In this document: positions 1 to 13,348 of the stretch, piece by piece | How the letters are laid out: each line of letters begins with the position of its first letter | Position numbering within the stretch: the first letter of the stretch is position 1 | Assembly: GCF_009834535.1 (NCBI RefSeq) | Contig: NC_045716.1 | Coordinates: forward strand, 6,572,001 to 6,636,000 | DNA: 64,000 bases | DNA from: Camelus ferus | Lineage: Eukaryota | Reading direction: 5' to 3' | Notes under the pieces: model-generated | Seen by the model: the letters and a program-made list of their open reading frames with translations, nothing else | The model's database searches: none | Told to the model about the DNA's origin: nothing | Position numbers and translations under genes: made by a program

Positions 1-1589
1 GCACTACTCACTTCCAACCAACCCTCACACACCTGCACTGTAGAATGAATTAGAAAATGTTTGCAAAGTGCCCTGCTCTCCTGAGAGAAGAGTGTTGCAA
101 GTGAATTTATATTGATAATTGTTGCCAAGTGATGCAATTACGGATATATTTTATTGCCTTTGTGAAGATGCTGTGGATTTCCAAATTTTCTAAAAAAAAC
201 AATGCATTGTTTCTGTAATCAGAAAAAAGAAATCTTCTTTCTAATTAAAAAAAAAATGAGAGTAAGTCATTAGGAGAACTTTTGTCTCCATTTTTCTCAT
301 CATCTATTGGACTGAACGAGATCTGAGTCTTAGCTGTTCTGACTCGAGAGCTTCAACCACCAATTAGAACAGCTGGTCGGACAATCCTTTCCTCTCCAAC
401 CATCTCAGTGCCTCACCCTTGGTTGCTCCACTTGTGGGAGGCGGAGCTGGGGTTTAGCTGAAACAGAGATGATTCATCACATTCATTCACAGATGTCGCT
501 CCTTCAGCTCTCATCTGGCCCCACCACCCCTGACACTCTGCCAGCTCTGTAGCCTCGTGTTTGCTCAGTCCTTAGCCAGGCAGCCCGTGGGGATGGCCCG
601 GGCAGCTCTTGGAACTGGCACTGGTGATTCAGCAGGACAGGGCTTTCTGTCTCGTCCCATCCATCCTCACTCTCTGCCCTAATGAGCTATCTCCAAAGGC
701 TGAAACTGCCCTCCTGACATCGCAGCTGGCTTGGAAGGCCTGGGGAGCGATTACCCATATGCTTTCTGTGCTCATTGTCCCCTGAAGTTTCAATTAAAGA
801 TGCTCCCAGTTCTTATGTTTTGGTTCTTTTTTCCATCCTGACTTGGAACTCTACCTTCTCCAAAAGGGCCAACCCATACTACGGTTCAAACTGTCCTTGC
901 ACAACCCCAAGAGACACCACTCACCTTGTAGTCTAAGTGAACAGCATTCTGCATTGTTGAGCAGAACACAACCTGTGTGGTCAGCCACACCTGGGGCCCT
1001 GCCATGTCCTGTGTTTCCTCTTAACCTCCCAGATGACAATTAAGCCTCCCTTTCTGTGATACAGCACAGTTGTCCAGAAGTAGGGAACATGCGCAAGAAA
1101 ATACTCAAAGGGCAAAGAAAAAAGGGACATTTGTCCGATCATGAAGGACATTTCTGGGTATCATCGACACACCCCAAGAGCAGAGTTCCCTGAGGTGGCT
1201 TGCCAGGGTGAGAACACGTGCGGCTCTGATGCAAATATAGAAAGTTGTGGAGGGGGAGCCAGAGGGTAATGCACACTGTTTATAGATTAGCACCTGGGAG
1301 ACACTTCTCTGAGGGGCAGTGATCAGCAGTTAGCAGGGTGCGCCTGCTACAAGACTAGGAGAGCGGACAGTAAGCGCCCGTCATAAAATACTTCTCTTCC
1401 CATTTTTGCTTGTTTAATCTATTTCAGAGACAGAAAACTCTCCCTCGCCAGACTGTCTCAACACAATTCTTGAACCTATGCATATACAGCCCAGCCCCCC
1501 ATCCCACAAACGTGATTAAGCTTGACTTCTGCAAACCCGTCACAACTTCTCCATCTCCAAGCCAGAGAGACCTTTTAGTACCTGTGGCT

Positions 1590-1790
1590 ACTACTTACTG
1601 AGTAATAACTGGGTGCCACATGCTGGGCTCACTGCTTTACAGACACTGTCTCATTTGATTCGCAGGACGATAAATAGCATCGCGTTCTCCTGTTATTCTC
1701 TTTTTATGGTTGGGGAAATTAGGAGCTAAGGAGATGAAGTAATTTCTCAAGGTGCCAGCGTTTTATGGCTGGGGTTGGCTGTCTGGACCC
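1590..1790 (-). mobile_element. MIR SINE
   Basis: Degenerate core ggggaaattaggagctaaggagatgaagtaatttctcaaggtg. Confidence 0.7.
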
Positions 1791-3503
1791 AGCGTCCGGG
1801 CTGCAACCACTCCGTTCTACCTTCCTCGGCTCGTGTCTCCCTCATCACCTTGACCTCTCCGCAGCCTTTGGCACGGCCTGCCCCTCTGCCTGACTTGTCT
1901 GTCCCCATGCGTCTGTATTTTTGCTTTCTCTTGCTTCTCCTGCCTCCTCCTCCAAATACAGCATCCTGATCCAGTCCCCTCACTTCCTGCCATCCTCCAC
2001 CCACTCAGCGTGGGCCTGTTCTCACCCTCAGCCCTGGGAACCAGCCTTCTTGAGGGAGTGGGGGAAAGGAACCAACCAGAAAAAAAAAAAAAAACTGTAA
2101 AGGATACAGGTAGACAAAAATCCCAGGAAGATGGCTACCACATTAGCAACTGATATCTGGAATTCTAGGCTTGTAGAAAGAAAGGCCCCTCGTTTCACAA
2201 AGGAAGGACCAGGGTCCAAGGTGCGGTTACAATGTGTAGGGTTATGCAGCCCGTTGGTGGAGATCCGGGGTCAGGATCGAGGCAGGTCTTTGCCACTCAG
2301 CCCAGAGACCCTGGATTGCACCCTACTCCTCTGACAAACCTCTGGTTCCAATACTGATCTGAGGGACACCATTATCGGCACAGGACTCTCACATGCCTGT
2401 CCTTCCGCATCCGCATCCTAGGGCAACACTTCCGCTCAGCTGCCCGCTGTTCCCCTTCCAAGCCCCTTCCCACCCTGCATTCCTACCCTCCCTTCGTCTC
2501 AGGTGCTGGCTTTTCTCACAGCCTGTCTTCTGTCTACCTGCCCACCTGCGACCTTGGTGTTTCCAAGCTGTTAGCCACTCCAGCCCTGGCTAACATCTTT
2601 CTTCTTCTACAGGGCTGTTTTCAGCAGGATATAAAGGCCATTAGTAAATCAATAACCCTTTATTTAGAAAAGGGGGAGGGAGGGACCTGGAGTTTTTAAT
2701 TCAGACCTAGCAGCTCCTGGGGCATTATCAGGAGCAGTCTAAAATTAGGCCTTGAAAAGCACGAGGCTGCTGCCGCTGGAACTTTATCGCTTCCTGCCCA
2801 TAAACGGGAGCAGCTTGCTACGGGTGGGATCATTAGCTGAAATCTCCCTCTCCTGCGGTAGTTACGTCTTCCTCTAACTCGAACACCATATGTCTTATCT
2901 ACTGCTCTGGGGCTCTTTGTTTCTTTTATTCTTGCCTCCTCTCTCTTCGCTCCATGCATCTTTTTCCTGGTCTCTGCATCTGTCTTTCTTCTTCTTTCCA
3001 GGAATTTGGAATTTCCATCTATCAGTGCATTTCTGTCTAACACACCAAATTCTTCTGCCAGTGCAGAAAGCTTCCTCTGTCGATGCTGACACACTGAGCA
3101 TTCATAAACACGTATCCTTCTGATATACGTACAAAGGCGACCCTTCAAAAAAGTCAGCACTCACCCTAGGACCCATCAAGTTTCCTCTCAACCTTTGGGG
3201 ACTCCTGTCATTTTTCTGTCCTTCCTCCTGCTCCAGCCCTGCGCTCTCCATGCAGAGAACAAAGACACGGTTCTGCAGGCAAGTGTGTGAATAGGGCAAG
3301 AGCAGTGACGGCTGGACCCAGTGGCATGATGTCAAAAACAGCACATTCAAGACTTAATCATATGACACCGGAATTCTGCATTTCCTTTGATCTAGCAAGT
3401 CTACATCTGGACAATTAGTCTGAAGATATGCACGAAGATCCAGCTACAAAGTGTTTATGGGTTGGCGACTGGGAGAGAGACAGCGCCATTTATATGCCCA
3501 AAG

Positions 3504-4025
3504 TATATTAATTATCTAGTTCTATGTAACAAGTTATCAAAAACCAAGTGGCTGAAGACAATAGTAAAGCATTTAGTACCTCACACAACTTTTGTGGGCC
3601 AGGAATTCGGGTGGTTCTGGCTCTGGGGCTCTCGTGAGATTGTGGTCATGATGTCAGCTGAGGCTACAGGCATCTGAGGGTCTGACTGGGGATCGAAGGT
3701 CCATGTCTAAATTGGGCCATTCTCGAGGCTGGCCTGTTGGCTGGTGCTGGCTGTTTGGCTGGAGGTCTCTAGATCTCTCCATGGGCAGCATGAATGTCCT
3801 CACAATACGGAAGCTGGCTTCCCTCAGAGCAAGTGATCCAAAAGCAAGCAAGGCAAAGGCTGTGATGATGTTTGTGACCTTGCCTTGGAAGTCGCACACC
3901 CTCATTTCTGCTGTGCTTCCTGCTTGTGTAGACCAAGCCTGATGCCCTGAAGGAGGGGGTTATACAGGGGTGTGGACGCCAGCACTGGGAGTCACGGACG
4001 GCCGACTTGAAGGCTGGCTACCACA
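3504..4025 (-). mobile_element. MLT1 (ERVL-MaLR) solo LTR
   Basis: Ends tatattaattatcta... and ...ggctaccaca (reverse of TGTGGTAG); 5-bp TSD CAAAG/CACAG. Confidence 0.85.
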
Positions 4026-4329
4026 CACAGGGGAAGACCTCGCACAGAGAAGTCCTCACCAGGAATTGTTTGGACTGTGCATTTGGGAGAAGAACGGAGC
4101 TGGCCTGGCCCTGTTAGCTCTAGACTTCTTTCTCTCTGCCAGCCGTCTTCCCGCAGTGGATGTGCGTTGTTTAAGCCTGAGTTAGTTCCAGATCTGGGCC
4201 ACATTCTCTACTCATGAGAGTAGAATGAGGCCAACCTTTACTTGTGTCTTATTCCTATATTAGATCTCAATCTTTGAGTGTTTTCTTGACCCCTCACATC
4301 CGCAATTACGTCTTATGTTTCATAAGGTG

Positions 4330-4720
4330 TTTTCTATACTAGTGGAAAAATCAAAACAACCTAAATGTCAAACAATAGACTGCTTGAGCAAATGATGGCA
4401 TTTCTATACAATTCAATCTAATGTAATTGTTCGAAAGTACACTACGTAAGAATATTTAATGACATGGAAAATTGCTTAGGATACATTGAGTGACAAATAC
4501 CAGTTATAAAGCAGTATGCAAGTTGTTATTCTGTTTAAAATAATGTCTAACTGATTTAAAAAGAACTCCAAGGACACAGATTTATACAAACTGTGGTCAT
4601 CACTGGTTGGTAGGTTTATGGGTAGTTAAACTTTCTTTCGTTGGTTTAATCTGCTCTTTCTAAATTTTCTACATTTTACACTCATTATCTTTGTAATGAG
4701 GAAAAAGGAGAAAAAGTTTG
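4330..4720 (+). mobile_element. Old L1 (L1M/L1ME-type) 3' fragment
   Basis: aacaacctaaatgtcaaacaatagac and gaaaattgcttaggatacattgagtga motifs. Confidence 0.7.
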
Positions 4721-5242
4721 TAGATGCTGGTTTGGGGATTCAATTAAAAGTAATTAAAGCTTTCTGACATCCTTTTCTGGGGACAGAGTCAGGCACTTAG
4801 AGTCCCCCAGCCTACATCTCTAAGTTCATTTGACATCACTGACCACTGCCTCTTTCATAAACGTTCTCTGCTCTTGACGTCCTTGACCCCACACTCTGTT
4901 TTTTCCTGCTTTCTCTGTGGCCACGCCTTGTACACTCACACTCCTACACCAAGTCACTGAATGTTGGAGTTCCTCAGAGCTCAGCCCCAGGCCTTTATCC
5001 CTTCTCACTGTGTGCTCTGCCTCAGCCCCTTTCGGGGTTACCCGAAGCGGTCACCCACGGATCACGTGAAATTCATGCCTCTAGCCCAGGCCTCCCCCCT
5101 GAGCTCGTGTGACTGGTGTACAAACTAACCGAGCACTTTAACTGGATGTCTCAGAACTTCCTCAGATTCAGCATCCGCAAAACCAGCCTCATGATCCTAA
5201 GTGGTTTCCTATCAGAGTGGAGGGAAAAGTAATCCACCTAGT

Positions 5243-5601
5243 CTGGTGGTTCTCAGTCCTGGGCACCTATTGAAAATTTCTGGAGAAACTTTTAAAAAAT
5301 ACCAATGTCATACTATGTATAAGACAGATAAACACAAGGTCCCACTGTTTAGCTCAGGGGTCTATATTCACTATCTTGTAGTAACCTATAAGGGAAAAGA
5401 ATCTGAAAAAGAATATATATATATATATAACTGAATCACTTTGCTGTACACCAGAAACTAATACAACATTGTAAACCGACTATATTTCAATTAAAAATAA
5501 GAAAAAATTAAAAATGCCACCTGGAGTCAGGTTCTAGAGTGGGTATTTCTTTAAAAGCCTCCCAATGGATTTTAATGAATAGACAATGTTTAGTGCCACT
5601 G
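5243..5601. mobile_element. MER5-type hAT-Charlie MITE, interrupted by an L1 3' end
   Basis: 5' gtggttctca, internal tttaaaagcctcccaatggattttaatg, 3' gtgccactg. Confidence 0.7.
5311..5514 (+). mobile_element. Artiodactyl/camelid-type L1 3'UTR fragment with A-rich tail
   Basis: gtaacctataagggaaaagaatctgaaaaagaatatat...ctgaatcactttgctgtacaccagaaactaatacaacattgtaa; possible TSD AATGTCA/AATGCCA. Confidence 0.9.
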
Positions 5602-5832
5602 ATCTGTTTATTCAATAGAAACCAACTGGTCATTTCTGACATCTGCCTCTTCCTTGCCCCTAAAGCGTAAGTCACCACTAAGTTCCATCAATCTGACCTC
5701 TAAAATAACGCTCAGACTTAAACATAAGCCTTGGTCTCACTGCCACCACCTTAAACTATCATGTCTCACCTGGACTTTTCAACACACTCTGCACAATGCC
5801 TCATACCTGAACGTGCCATCACTTTCCCCTCC

Positions 5833-6414
5833 TGCAGTAGACATTCCCTAAGATGGCCCCCAGTGAGTCAGGCCCTTGTATAATTCCCTCCCCTCGAGTA
5901 TAGAGAGGATCTATAATTCACTTCTAACCAGTAGAATGCAGCAAAGTGATGGGCCGTCCCTCTCACGGTTACGTGACATTATATAAGACTTCATCTTAAC
6001 AGACTGGAGACCGAGATTCTCCAGTGGCCTTGGACAAGCCAACAGCCCAGGCTATGAACTGCCTCTGCGGAGGGCCACGGGGCAGGGACCCGAGGACTGC
6101 CTCGAGGACCTCAGGGCAGCCTCCAGCTGACAGCCAGGAAGAAACTGGGGCCCTGTGCCCTAGAATTTCAAGGAAATACATTCTGTCCACAGGCTGAAAA
6201 GAGCCTGGAAGTGGACTCTCCCCTAGTTGAGCGTCCAGGTGACAACACATCCCGGTCCATGCCTTGACTGCAGGCTTGTGAGATCCAGAGCAAAGGATCT
6301 GGCTAAGTCACGCTCAGCTTCCTGACTCATGCAAACCGTGAAATAATTAATGCGAGTTGGTTTGAGCCATTAGATTTGTGGTAATTTGTTATGCTGCTAT
6401 GGAAAACGAATAAA
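5833..6414 (+). mobile_element. MLT1 (MLT1E/F-like) solo LTR
   Basis: Starts tgcagtagac, ends gtggtaatttgttatgctgctatggaaaacgaataaa; perfect 5-bp TSD CCTCC (5828-5832, 6415-6419). Confidence 0.9.
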
Positions 6415-7559
6415 CCTCCTTACTCTCCACCCCAAAACACATCAATCATTCAATGGCTTCCCATCACTCTTTAGATATATATTTTAAAGCCTATCAGTAT
6501 AACCAACAAAGCTACGAACAGCCTGGCCCCACCCACCTCTCCAGCCTGGCACGTTCTACCCTGCTCGGGGCACCAGCTGTGCAGGCCTCCTTGAAGGACC
6601 CAGACCAGAATAATGCCCTTCAACCCCGGGGCCCTTGCTCCTCGCGCTGTCTCTGCCTGGGGGCCCCGTTCACCTAACCACCTCTTACTCAGGCCAACCC
6701 TTTCAGGAAGCTTTCCTTGAATCTCTCCATCAGGGTCAGTCAGATTCCCCACTCCAGCCACCTGTAACATCGTGTCCCTTTTATTCCTCACATTTGCCAA
6801 CTACAATTTTACAAACCTGTTTGGATCACTGATCAAGGTCTGTGTCCCCTACTGGTCTCTAAGTTCCACAAAGGCTACAACATGACTCATTTTGGCTCAT
6901 CATTTATCCCCTGTACCTAGCATATTACCTGACACATAACAGGCACTTAAAATTTCCCCTCAATGAATGAAAAGTGGAACGGATATGGCTTTTGTCGAGA
7001 GCACTGGACCTCACCTCATCTCAATGGACCCCGATCAGACCAAGGTTTATAAGGCTGATCCTCGGTCCAGATCAACCATGAAAGTTCCAGACATGATGGC
7101 CTAGACTTTGGGGAAGACCAACTACAACCAGACAAACATCCAACACTTTTTCCTCTTCAAGGAAACTCTTTTTAATGACAACCAACTACATGGAAAGCAA
7201 TGTGTTAGTTATCACGTGCGCTGCCAAGAGGTACAATGCAACGTCTCTGACTTCCGTGTACCAAGCAAGGATCCATTTTAGGGTCTCACAAGAAAACTGA
7301 AGAAACATTCCACCTTTTCTTTTTATTAAAGAAACAGTCCTTTATAATACAATTGATGGAGTCGAAATTGCCAGAAGACTCCTGTTCAGGCCTATCCTAA
7401 TTAAATGAGGGACGAATTAGGCAAAAATAAACTGAAAGTATAGATGCCCCATCATCTAGACGTATAGGCTTCTAGAACTTTTGGATGCCCAAGTTATTGA
7501 ATTCAATACCGGTTTTATACACTATGAGGCACAATAATTATTATTTGCATATCTTATAT

Positions 7560-8335
7560 TCATTCTACAAAATACTGAATAATTGCTACACACTAAGCAC
7601 TAATCAACTACTTCCTTAATTTACATTCTAATGGAAGAGGGTACACACAGTAAGTGTGTCAACAAGTAAATACATGATGTATCAGGTGGAAACGGTTCCA
7701 AGAGGAAGAATAAAGCAGGGCAAGAGGATAGGGAGTAACAGGGAGGGTTGCTGTTTTATATATAGATAGATCTTTTATATCTCTCTGCTGTCTCGTGCTG
7801 TGCAAAGCTGCCCTTAAGAAGTCCAGTAATAGGGTATCGGAGCAAAGACTCGAAGCAAGCTTGGTGGGGACTTACGAGGGCATTTGGAGGATAAAAGCAT
7901 GCCAGGCCCAGGTAGGAGTGAGTGCAGGCAGGGGCTTGCTTTGTCAGTGTGGAGAATGGCCAAGAGGCCGGAGTGGCTACAGGGCAGAAAGGCAGTGAGA
8001 GAGGAGGGGGAAGTGAGTCACAGAGGGAGCAGCCAACCAGACTCTGTGCGACCCTTTACGTAAGTTCTTGACCTTTAATCTGGCTGTAACATTACACTGG
8101 AGCAGCCTTGCTCCGGCTGCTTTGTTGAGAATAGACTCCAGGAAGCCAGCGATAGAGCAGAGACCTGTTCGGAGATCAGAATAACGGACCAGGGAGATGA
8201 TGGTGGCTTGGACTCAAGTGGGAGATGTAGAGATGGTGAAAAATGGTCAGCTCCTCTCTAAATTGTACACGTGGAGCCATTGATATCTAGTGATGCATCG
8301 ACTGGTTGGAAGAATAAGTCAAAGAGAGGAATCTG
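7560..8335 (-). mobile_element. L2 3' region
   Basis: gaggaagaataaagcagggcaagagg, ggccaagaggccggagtggct, gagatgatggtggcttggact. Confidence 0.8.
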
Positions 8336-10360
8336 GCCATGCTCCAGAATTCACAGCATTTTATTTTTTAAAAGAAGACATCCTTCGCTCTCTTTCCTAC
8401 CCTGCTTTCATGCAACAATGTCAACAAGACAATCTTGAGACATGCTTGCATCCCCAATTTCTCAATCTCAACAAAAATTTAAACATTAGACTCCTAGGAA
8501 GCACTTTTTACCCTGAAAATGTTGTCATTTTAGTATCGCCACCAAAGAAAGAAGAGGGAAAGGGTGTCAGTGGGAGCAGGATGGAGAACTCTGGATCCAA
8601 GCAAGTGCAGATCAGGTGCTGCAATTAAGAAGACATGGGAATGAATCCTTAACACAGCCCTCAGTTTAACATGCATGGGGCACTGGCAGAGGTTTGCTGG
8701 CCCTCCAGGCTCCGCCCATCTCTGTGACTTGGGCCTCAGAAGGAGCTGATGATCAAAATGATCAGATAATCCTTCTCTCTGCTGGTCTTGTGCTGTGCAA
8801 AGTCACCCTGAAAAAGTCAAACATGACTCTGGTGCATGTGGCCAAAGCTGGGACTCCAAACCCCCACCCTGCTGCTAGCAGGTCATTGATTTTCCTCACG
8901 TGTCCTGTCTCTAAGACAATTATCATGCTGCCAAGATGACAAGTTTATGACTTCAGCCATTTGGGAGCAGTATGGTATGATAATGGTGAAGGACCTTTCC
9001 ATAGCTTACTGACCCCCACGCCCACCCCCATCTTGCAATGGGAAAAACATCGAAGGGTGTTTTTTCCTTTCCTATGATATCACCTCGGGGATAAAAATAG
9101 AATGCCACACCCATGTGAATCTCTGTGTGGACGGTGTGTGTCTGTGTATCTACAAGTGTGTATTTTTCTCAGGATTAGGAATGGAGATGTCAGACAGGAG
9201 AAATGACGGAATAAATTAACAGGAAAAATGGCTTCTCTTTTGACTCAGAAATCTTCTAAGCAACAAATTCAAAGGGTGTTTTGCAGGGCTCGTCTGAGCA
9301 GCATGTGACACGGATGTCACTCCCCTTGCTGAAACACGTCCTTTCATTCCTCAATTGCTGAGCATCTGTTACATGTCGAGAAGGTCGGGGGGTTACACCA
9401 GGGATGGCGCGTCTGCCCTCCCAGATCATGGGCTCTCTTCTGGTGTCCCTTCCCGGGCTGGTCCTTCCAGGCTCCCACGCTTTCTTTGCCCATCCTTTAA
9501 ACAGGGTAGCCCTGGCCTGCCACCCTTGGAGGACTTTTCCTCAGTCCCAAGGTTTCTGGACTCCCACAGTTTTCACTGTTACCCATACAGCAGTGTTGCC
9601 CAAGTTTACACGTCAAGCCAAGCTCTGGCACCTGACCTCCTGAACGGCATGTGTGTATGGTTGTCATTGGGTTTGTTAAAAAATTAAACAGGCACGGCCC
9701 CTCACTGCAACACGTATAATACAGAGGTATAAGGAAATGAATTCTTTCTTCCTTCCCCCTCCAGTTTCTCTGCTCTGAATAAGAAATATGAATGGCTTAT
9801 TGTGTGCTTCTCAGCAACTTTCTCCCATTCATACTCATGTAAATCTATACATATATTTGTTTATATGTTACACACAGATACATATCTTTATGTATATTTT
9901 CTATATACATCTCCCGTAGGCATCTCTATCTCAGTACATCTTATATTTAAACTTCAGACCCAAACCTCTGTGACTTATGTTCACATTTTCTTTCTGCTGA
10001 ACCTGGAATCATGCATGTTTCCTAACAAATCAATCTACCCCTCAAATCACCATATTCATATCCATTCATTTCTCCCCTAACAGTTATTGTTCTAAATGCA
10101 AATCTGATCTGCTTGAAATCTTGCAGTGGCTCCTCATCGCTCATAGGAAACAGTTTAAACACATTTCCCTTGCCTACAAGGGCGTTCAGTATCTGGCTTC
10201 AATCGCTCATGCTTCAGGTTCTGTCACTCCTCATACCTCATCATGTGCCCCTCATCCAACAGCTCATTCCGTACCTTATTCATTTCTGTTTCGGGTATAT
10301 TCCAGGCTTTCTCTCACCTCTGCTCCTTTGTACAACCTTCCCTCTTGCTGGGTGGAGGTA

Positions 10361-10710
10361 TGTATTAGCTAGCTTGGGGCTGCTGCAACAAAATATCAGA
10401 GACCTGGTGGTTTAAACAAATGAAATTTAAGTCTAAGATCAGAGTGCCAGCATGGCTGGGTTCCGTTGGGAGATCCCTTCCTGGCCCGCTGATGCCAAAT
10501 CCCAGCCGTGTTCTCATATGGAAGGGAGGGAGGAGAGAGAGAAAGAATTTTTCTCTCTTCTTATAAGGCACAATCCTATGATATTGGAGCTCCACCCTCG
10601 TGACCTCATTAAACTTAATTTCCTTCTAAGGATCCTATCTCCAGATACAGTCAGGATCAGGGGGCAGGATTTCAACATATGAAGTTGGGGAGGACACAAT
10701 TCAGTGCACA
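10361..10710 (-). mobile_element. MLT1A/B-like solo LTR
   Basis: tgtattagctag...aagtctaagatcagagtgccagcatgg...gtgacctcattaaacttaat...tttcaacatatgaagttggggaggacacaattcag. Confidence 0.85.
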
Positions 10711-10744
10711 GGAGGGCTGAGGATCTCCCCTTCTCGGCACAGAA

Positions 10745-11165
10745 CTTAAGAGTGGGTACTCTGAGCCAGACCATCTGGCTTTGAATCCTTCTGCCATTTG
10801 GCCCGAGTGACTCTGAGCAGGTTACTTCAGCTCCCTGTGTTTCAGTGTCGCTACTGCAGGATTCTCCAGCACGCGAGCCCCTCAGGCTCACCTGGAGGGC
10901 TTATCACACACAGGTCACTGACACCCGCCAGAAGGGCTTCCCAGTCATTGCGTCTGGCGGGAGGACAGAGAGTTTGTGTTTCTAACAAGGTCCCGGCTGC
11001 TGTTGGCCACACCGCATGTGGAGAACAGAACCACTTCCCTGGACCACAATGGGGCTAATATTAGCACCTGCCTCCTAAGTTAGTTGCTGGAATGATCAGA
11101 TGAGTTATAGGGTAATGTGTCCAGAGCAGCGACTGGTTATGCTAATTGCCCAATGAATGTTAGCT
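10745..11165 (+). mobile_element. MIR SINE split by a MER5A-like element (~10850-11040)
   Basis: MIR 5' ttaagagtgggtactctgagccagac and 3' aatggggctaatattagcacctgcct; insert contains cacctggagggcttatcac and tttctaacaaggtccc. Confidence 0.75.
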
Positions 11166-11601
11166 GTCATAATTATTCTCCGCCTGGCAAAACTGTGTAT
11201 GTTTGTCATCACTCGCCTTAAATTTCACACTGGCTGAAAAGCTTTCCCGATGCCCCCAGGTAGAATTTGTAGTCTTACACCTGTAGCTTCCTCGTCCTAC
11301 TACAGAACATACCACATGGAACAGTAACTACTTACAACTTCCATGAAAGCCTTGGTCTTCCATGGACTTAGCTGCTTATGGATGGGAGTTTTGTATTATT
11401 TATCTTTGACTTCCCAGAATACGGCTGACACAGAGCAGCTGCCCAGCAAATGTATTTTGATTGAAGAAATTAACGCAGAGTCCCGTGCATCTGTGAGTGT
11501 CTGTGCAGGGTTGCCTCGATGCTCTAACTCAGTCAGGGCAGCTGTCTGGTTATCATTTAGATTTTCACCTAAATTCTAACATATGAGATTTCCTCTTTCG
11601 A

Positions 11602-11770
11602 CAGTGGTTCTCAATTCTGACCACACATTGGGACCACCTTTTACGCCAAGCTGCTACCTGAGCCCCTCCCCAGACCAAGCGGTGCAGAACCTCTGGGTAG
11701 AGGCCTGGACACTGGTCAGTCTTCAAAGTTCATCGGGTGATTCAAATGGATAGCTTGGGTCAGAAACAAC
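11602..11770. mobile_element. MER5-type hAT MITE
   Basis: Begins cagtggttctcaattctgaccacacattgggaccacc. Confidence 0.65.
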
Positions 11771-13261
11771 CGGGCTGGGAGAATGCAATCCATTAAAATG
11801 TGCATTCCATGCAACATTATCAGACTGCTACTCCTGACCATGAATTTGTTTCTCTTATCCCAAGAAAAACTGCCAGCTTTGAACAGTTTCGAAAAAGGGT
11901 AAATAGAGAAATTAGCATTTGTAGAGCACTTTACAGTTTTCAAAGCAATTTCATACTCAGTGTGTCATCAAAATCTTAAAATAACCCAGTGAGGAAGGTG
12001 TCATTATTCTTTACAAACGCTTTGAGGCGACAGCCCGGGGAGGGGGAGGTCCACACTAAACCCCTTTAAAAGAAGCAACGAGTCAGCAAAATGCCATCTG
12101 CCAGGTTTGTTTTTTGCTCTTGGCCGATGTGTTATCGACAATGCTACCTACAGGCCATCTTTGCCACTCATCTAGGGCTTGGATTCCAAACATTTTCGTC
12201 CACTTGGCCTTGGGGATGCTTTGTTCCATGGCTGGCCTGTGACATCAGCTCTGCCCCTTGGCATCCCGGGGCCGCCTGGACCCTCTGTCAGATGCTTTTT
12301 GGGGACTGACTCTCTCCTCTGCTTATGGATGTTGGTGCTGGATTGACTTACTCAGCCCACAGTCAGCATCCCACATTTTCCCCGATATTATGGTTAAAGA
12401 AACTTCAGTTCAGAGATGTTAAATGACTTTCTTAGAGGCTCAAAGTCAGCGAGAGGGAGGACTGGGATCAAACCCAGATCAAGGAGGAAACAACTTGGGC
12501 AGACTCAGTGCTTTGCGGGCAGGAGTGGGCACAGAAGAGGAGGGGAGGCTGTAAGGAAAGGGGGCACCGGACACACGCTTTGCTCTGTGCAAACCTGCCT
12601 CGGGCCACGTCTGAGTCTGTGCGCGTAAGATTAAACTACAAAATATAACAGTACGATTTTTAAATGGGTGCAGGGGGTACAAGTTTAAAAGGAAATAAAT
12701 CAATTAGTTTGTCACCCAGCATAATAAAGGAATCACTATTAAGCAGTGATTCCTAACTTTACTAAATGCTTATTTGATCTATCTGCTAAGTATTTAAATA
12801 AGAGAACACCATAGGTCTAGAAGTAAATACAGCACAGAGATGGGGTAAACTTAGAACAGAAAAAGGCATCGTGGCAACACTTTTTTTCACCCAGGAATGA
12901 AGACTAGGGTAAGAAACAGGGAAAGCCACAATAAATAAATAGGTAGATGGATAACAAATAAAGAAATACAAATACGTAATAAAGCTCATTTTAAAAGTGG
13001 TGCTTGCAGGATACTTTGGAAGTTTGCTGCTTTGGGGAATAAATGTGCTAGTTCTTCCGTATTGTATTTAGGGAAATGTTTATTATATATGTAATAAAAA
13101 TAATAAATTGACAGTGTCAGAGTATCCTACACTGCAGTCAAGACCCCCTTAGTAGCTCATGAACTGAACTAGGGCTTAAAAAAAAACAAAAAAAGGAAAA
13201 CATTAGCGAGCATTCCTCCTTGTAAGGGTGAGTGTTGTTTCATGACCTGTTGGGATCAGGG

Positions 13262-13302
13262 GTGTGTGTGTGTGTGTGTCTGTGTGTGTGTGTATCTGTG
13301 TG
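13262..13302. repeat. (TG)n microsatellite, interrupted
   Basis: Direct reading. Confidence 0.95.
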
Positions 13303-13348
13303 AGAGCACGGTCAGCACCTGAAGTTCATTCCATACGATGGGAAGAGT

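Larger units (their letters stand above)
4815..6972 (+). mobile_element. L2 3' region in three pieces (4815-5235, 5625-5830, 6415-6972), split by MER5 and MLT1
   Basis: ctagcccaggcctcccccctgagctc, ctggatgtctc, tcaatggcttcccatc, and 3' end cctgacacataacaggcactt...tgaatgaa. Confidence 0.8.

Noticed and set aside
2696-3160. 154-aa basic ORF on the - strand (BRINP2 sense)
   Set aside because: Lys/Arg content comes from a pyrimidine-rich + strand; no similarity to BRINP2 or any family I recognise.
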